The notes beneath the pieces were generated by a model that ran no database searches, was not told the origin of the DNA, and worked only from the letters and a program-made list of their open reading frames with translations. Shown in pieces: positions 63,233 through 64,000 of a DNA stretch of 64,000 nt (positions within the stretch are counted from its first letter, which is position 1; every line of letters starts with the position of its first letter). The stretch is from Lama glama (taxonomy: Eukaryota), in assembly GCA_028534125.1 (NCBI GenBank), contig CM052817.1:20958001-21022000 (forward strand), in the 5' to 3' direction. The position numbers and the translations under genes were made by a program.

Positions 63233-64000
63233 AAATTGTATACATGAAGGAAGAAGTAAAAGATCAATTTGATTTACTTTCCAAACTGGGTAATAATCAC
63301 TCTATCCACTAAAAATACTCAGTTTCTGCCACTAAGATACTATCACCTATTCCTGACAGAGAGGTGGGGAAATAATTCATAACATAAAATACCACAAAGA
63401 AAAAAATATATATATTATAGTTTCCCCATACCTTTTACAATTGATGGAATGTATGCATATATGCCTTAGAGCCTGTGATATACTCTGATCTACACAATAA
63501 ATATGGAAAAAATTAAAATTCAGAATGTTGAAATAAGCCAAAAGTAACACAGCTAGCAAGCGGTAAATAATTCAATTTTTCTTTTCTGTTGATCCCAAAG
63601 ATTCAAGGGCAAATCTCTCAATAAGGCACATTTTGTTGCTTTATGATTTAAGTCAGGAAGGAACCACAGTAGAGAAGATACGGGTGTAATTATAACTACA
63701 CGTGTTGACTTCACTCACTGGACTACAGGGGCTCTCACCTGTTAAACCGAGTTGTAGGAGGAAGGGATCTTATTTTCTTGTTTTGCCGCTAGTAATGCTC
63801 CGGGGTCATTTTCCTTAGTGCTAGGATATTTTTTAAAATGTCCCTTACTTGTATTTTTTCTATAATTTGACAAAGATCAATGATCACATTTCCACTTCAA
63901 ATACCCCAAGATATAATTTTTTTAAGAAATACCTTCACCTTGTTCTGGAATGCTGCATCACCCAAACAAACACAGGAATTAAAGGACAATGTGATGGATG

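Noticed and set aside
1..64000. A named host gene, CRISPR array, prokaryotic or viral system, or RNA gene
   Set aside because: I recognised no exon of a known gene, no regularly spaced repeat array, no long ORF and no rRNA, snRNA or tRNA. The repeat content is typical of a placental mammal.

Overview
AT-rich mammalian nuclear DNA, intronic or intergenic. It is almost certainly camelid (camel, alpaca or llama), because it carries two Vic-1-type tRNA-derived SINEs and I saw no Alu, Bov-tA/BovB, PRE-1, ERE or Can-SINE copies. I recognise no protein-coding exon. The supplied ORFs are chance ORFs, transposon remnants (one L1 RT fragment), a (TAT)n repeat, or read-through of two 500-N scaffold gaps. 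Much of the window is interspersed repeat: MIR, L2, old and young L1, MLT1/MLT2, three ERV1-type solo LTRs, an LTR41-like LTR, Tigger4, MER3 and MER58. The best non-repeat signals are: (1) a CpG-retaining, AT-rich promoter-like block at about 22.1-24.5 kb, with back-to-back TATA boxes, a correctly spaced Inr and candidate minus-strand exons; (2) two same-orientation CTCF motifs; (3) candidate plus-strand exons at 5457-5577 and 8222-8252; (4) a strong minus-strand splice acceptor at 183. I found no supportable novel biological system and could not name the host gene. Repeat family names are from recalled consensus sequences, and most repeat boundaries are approximate.
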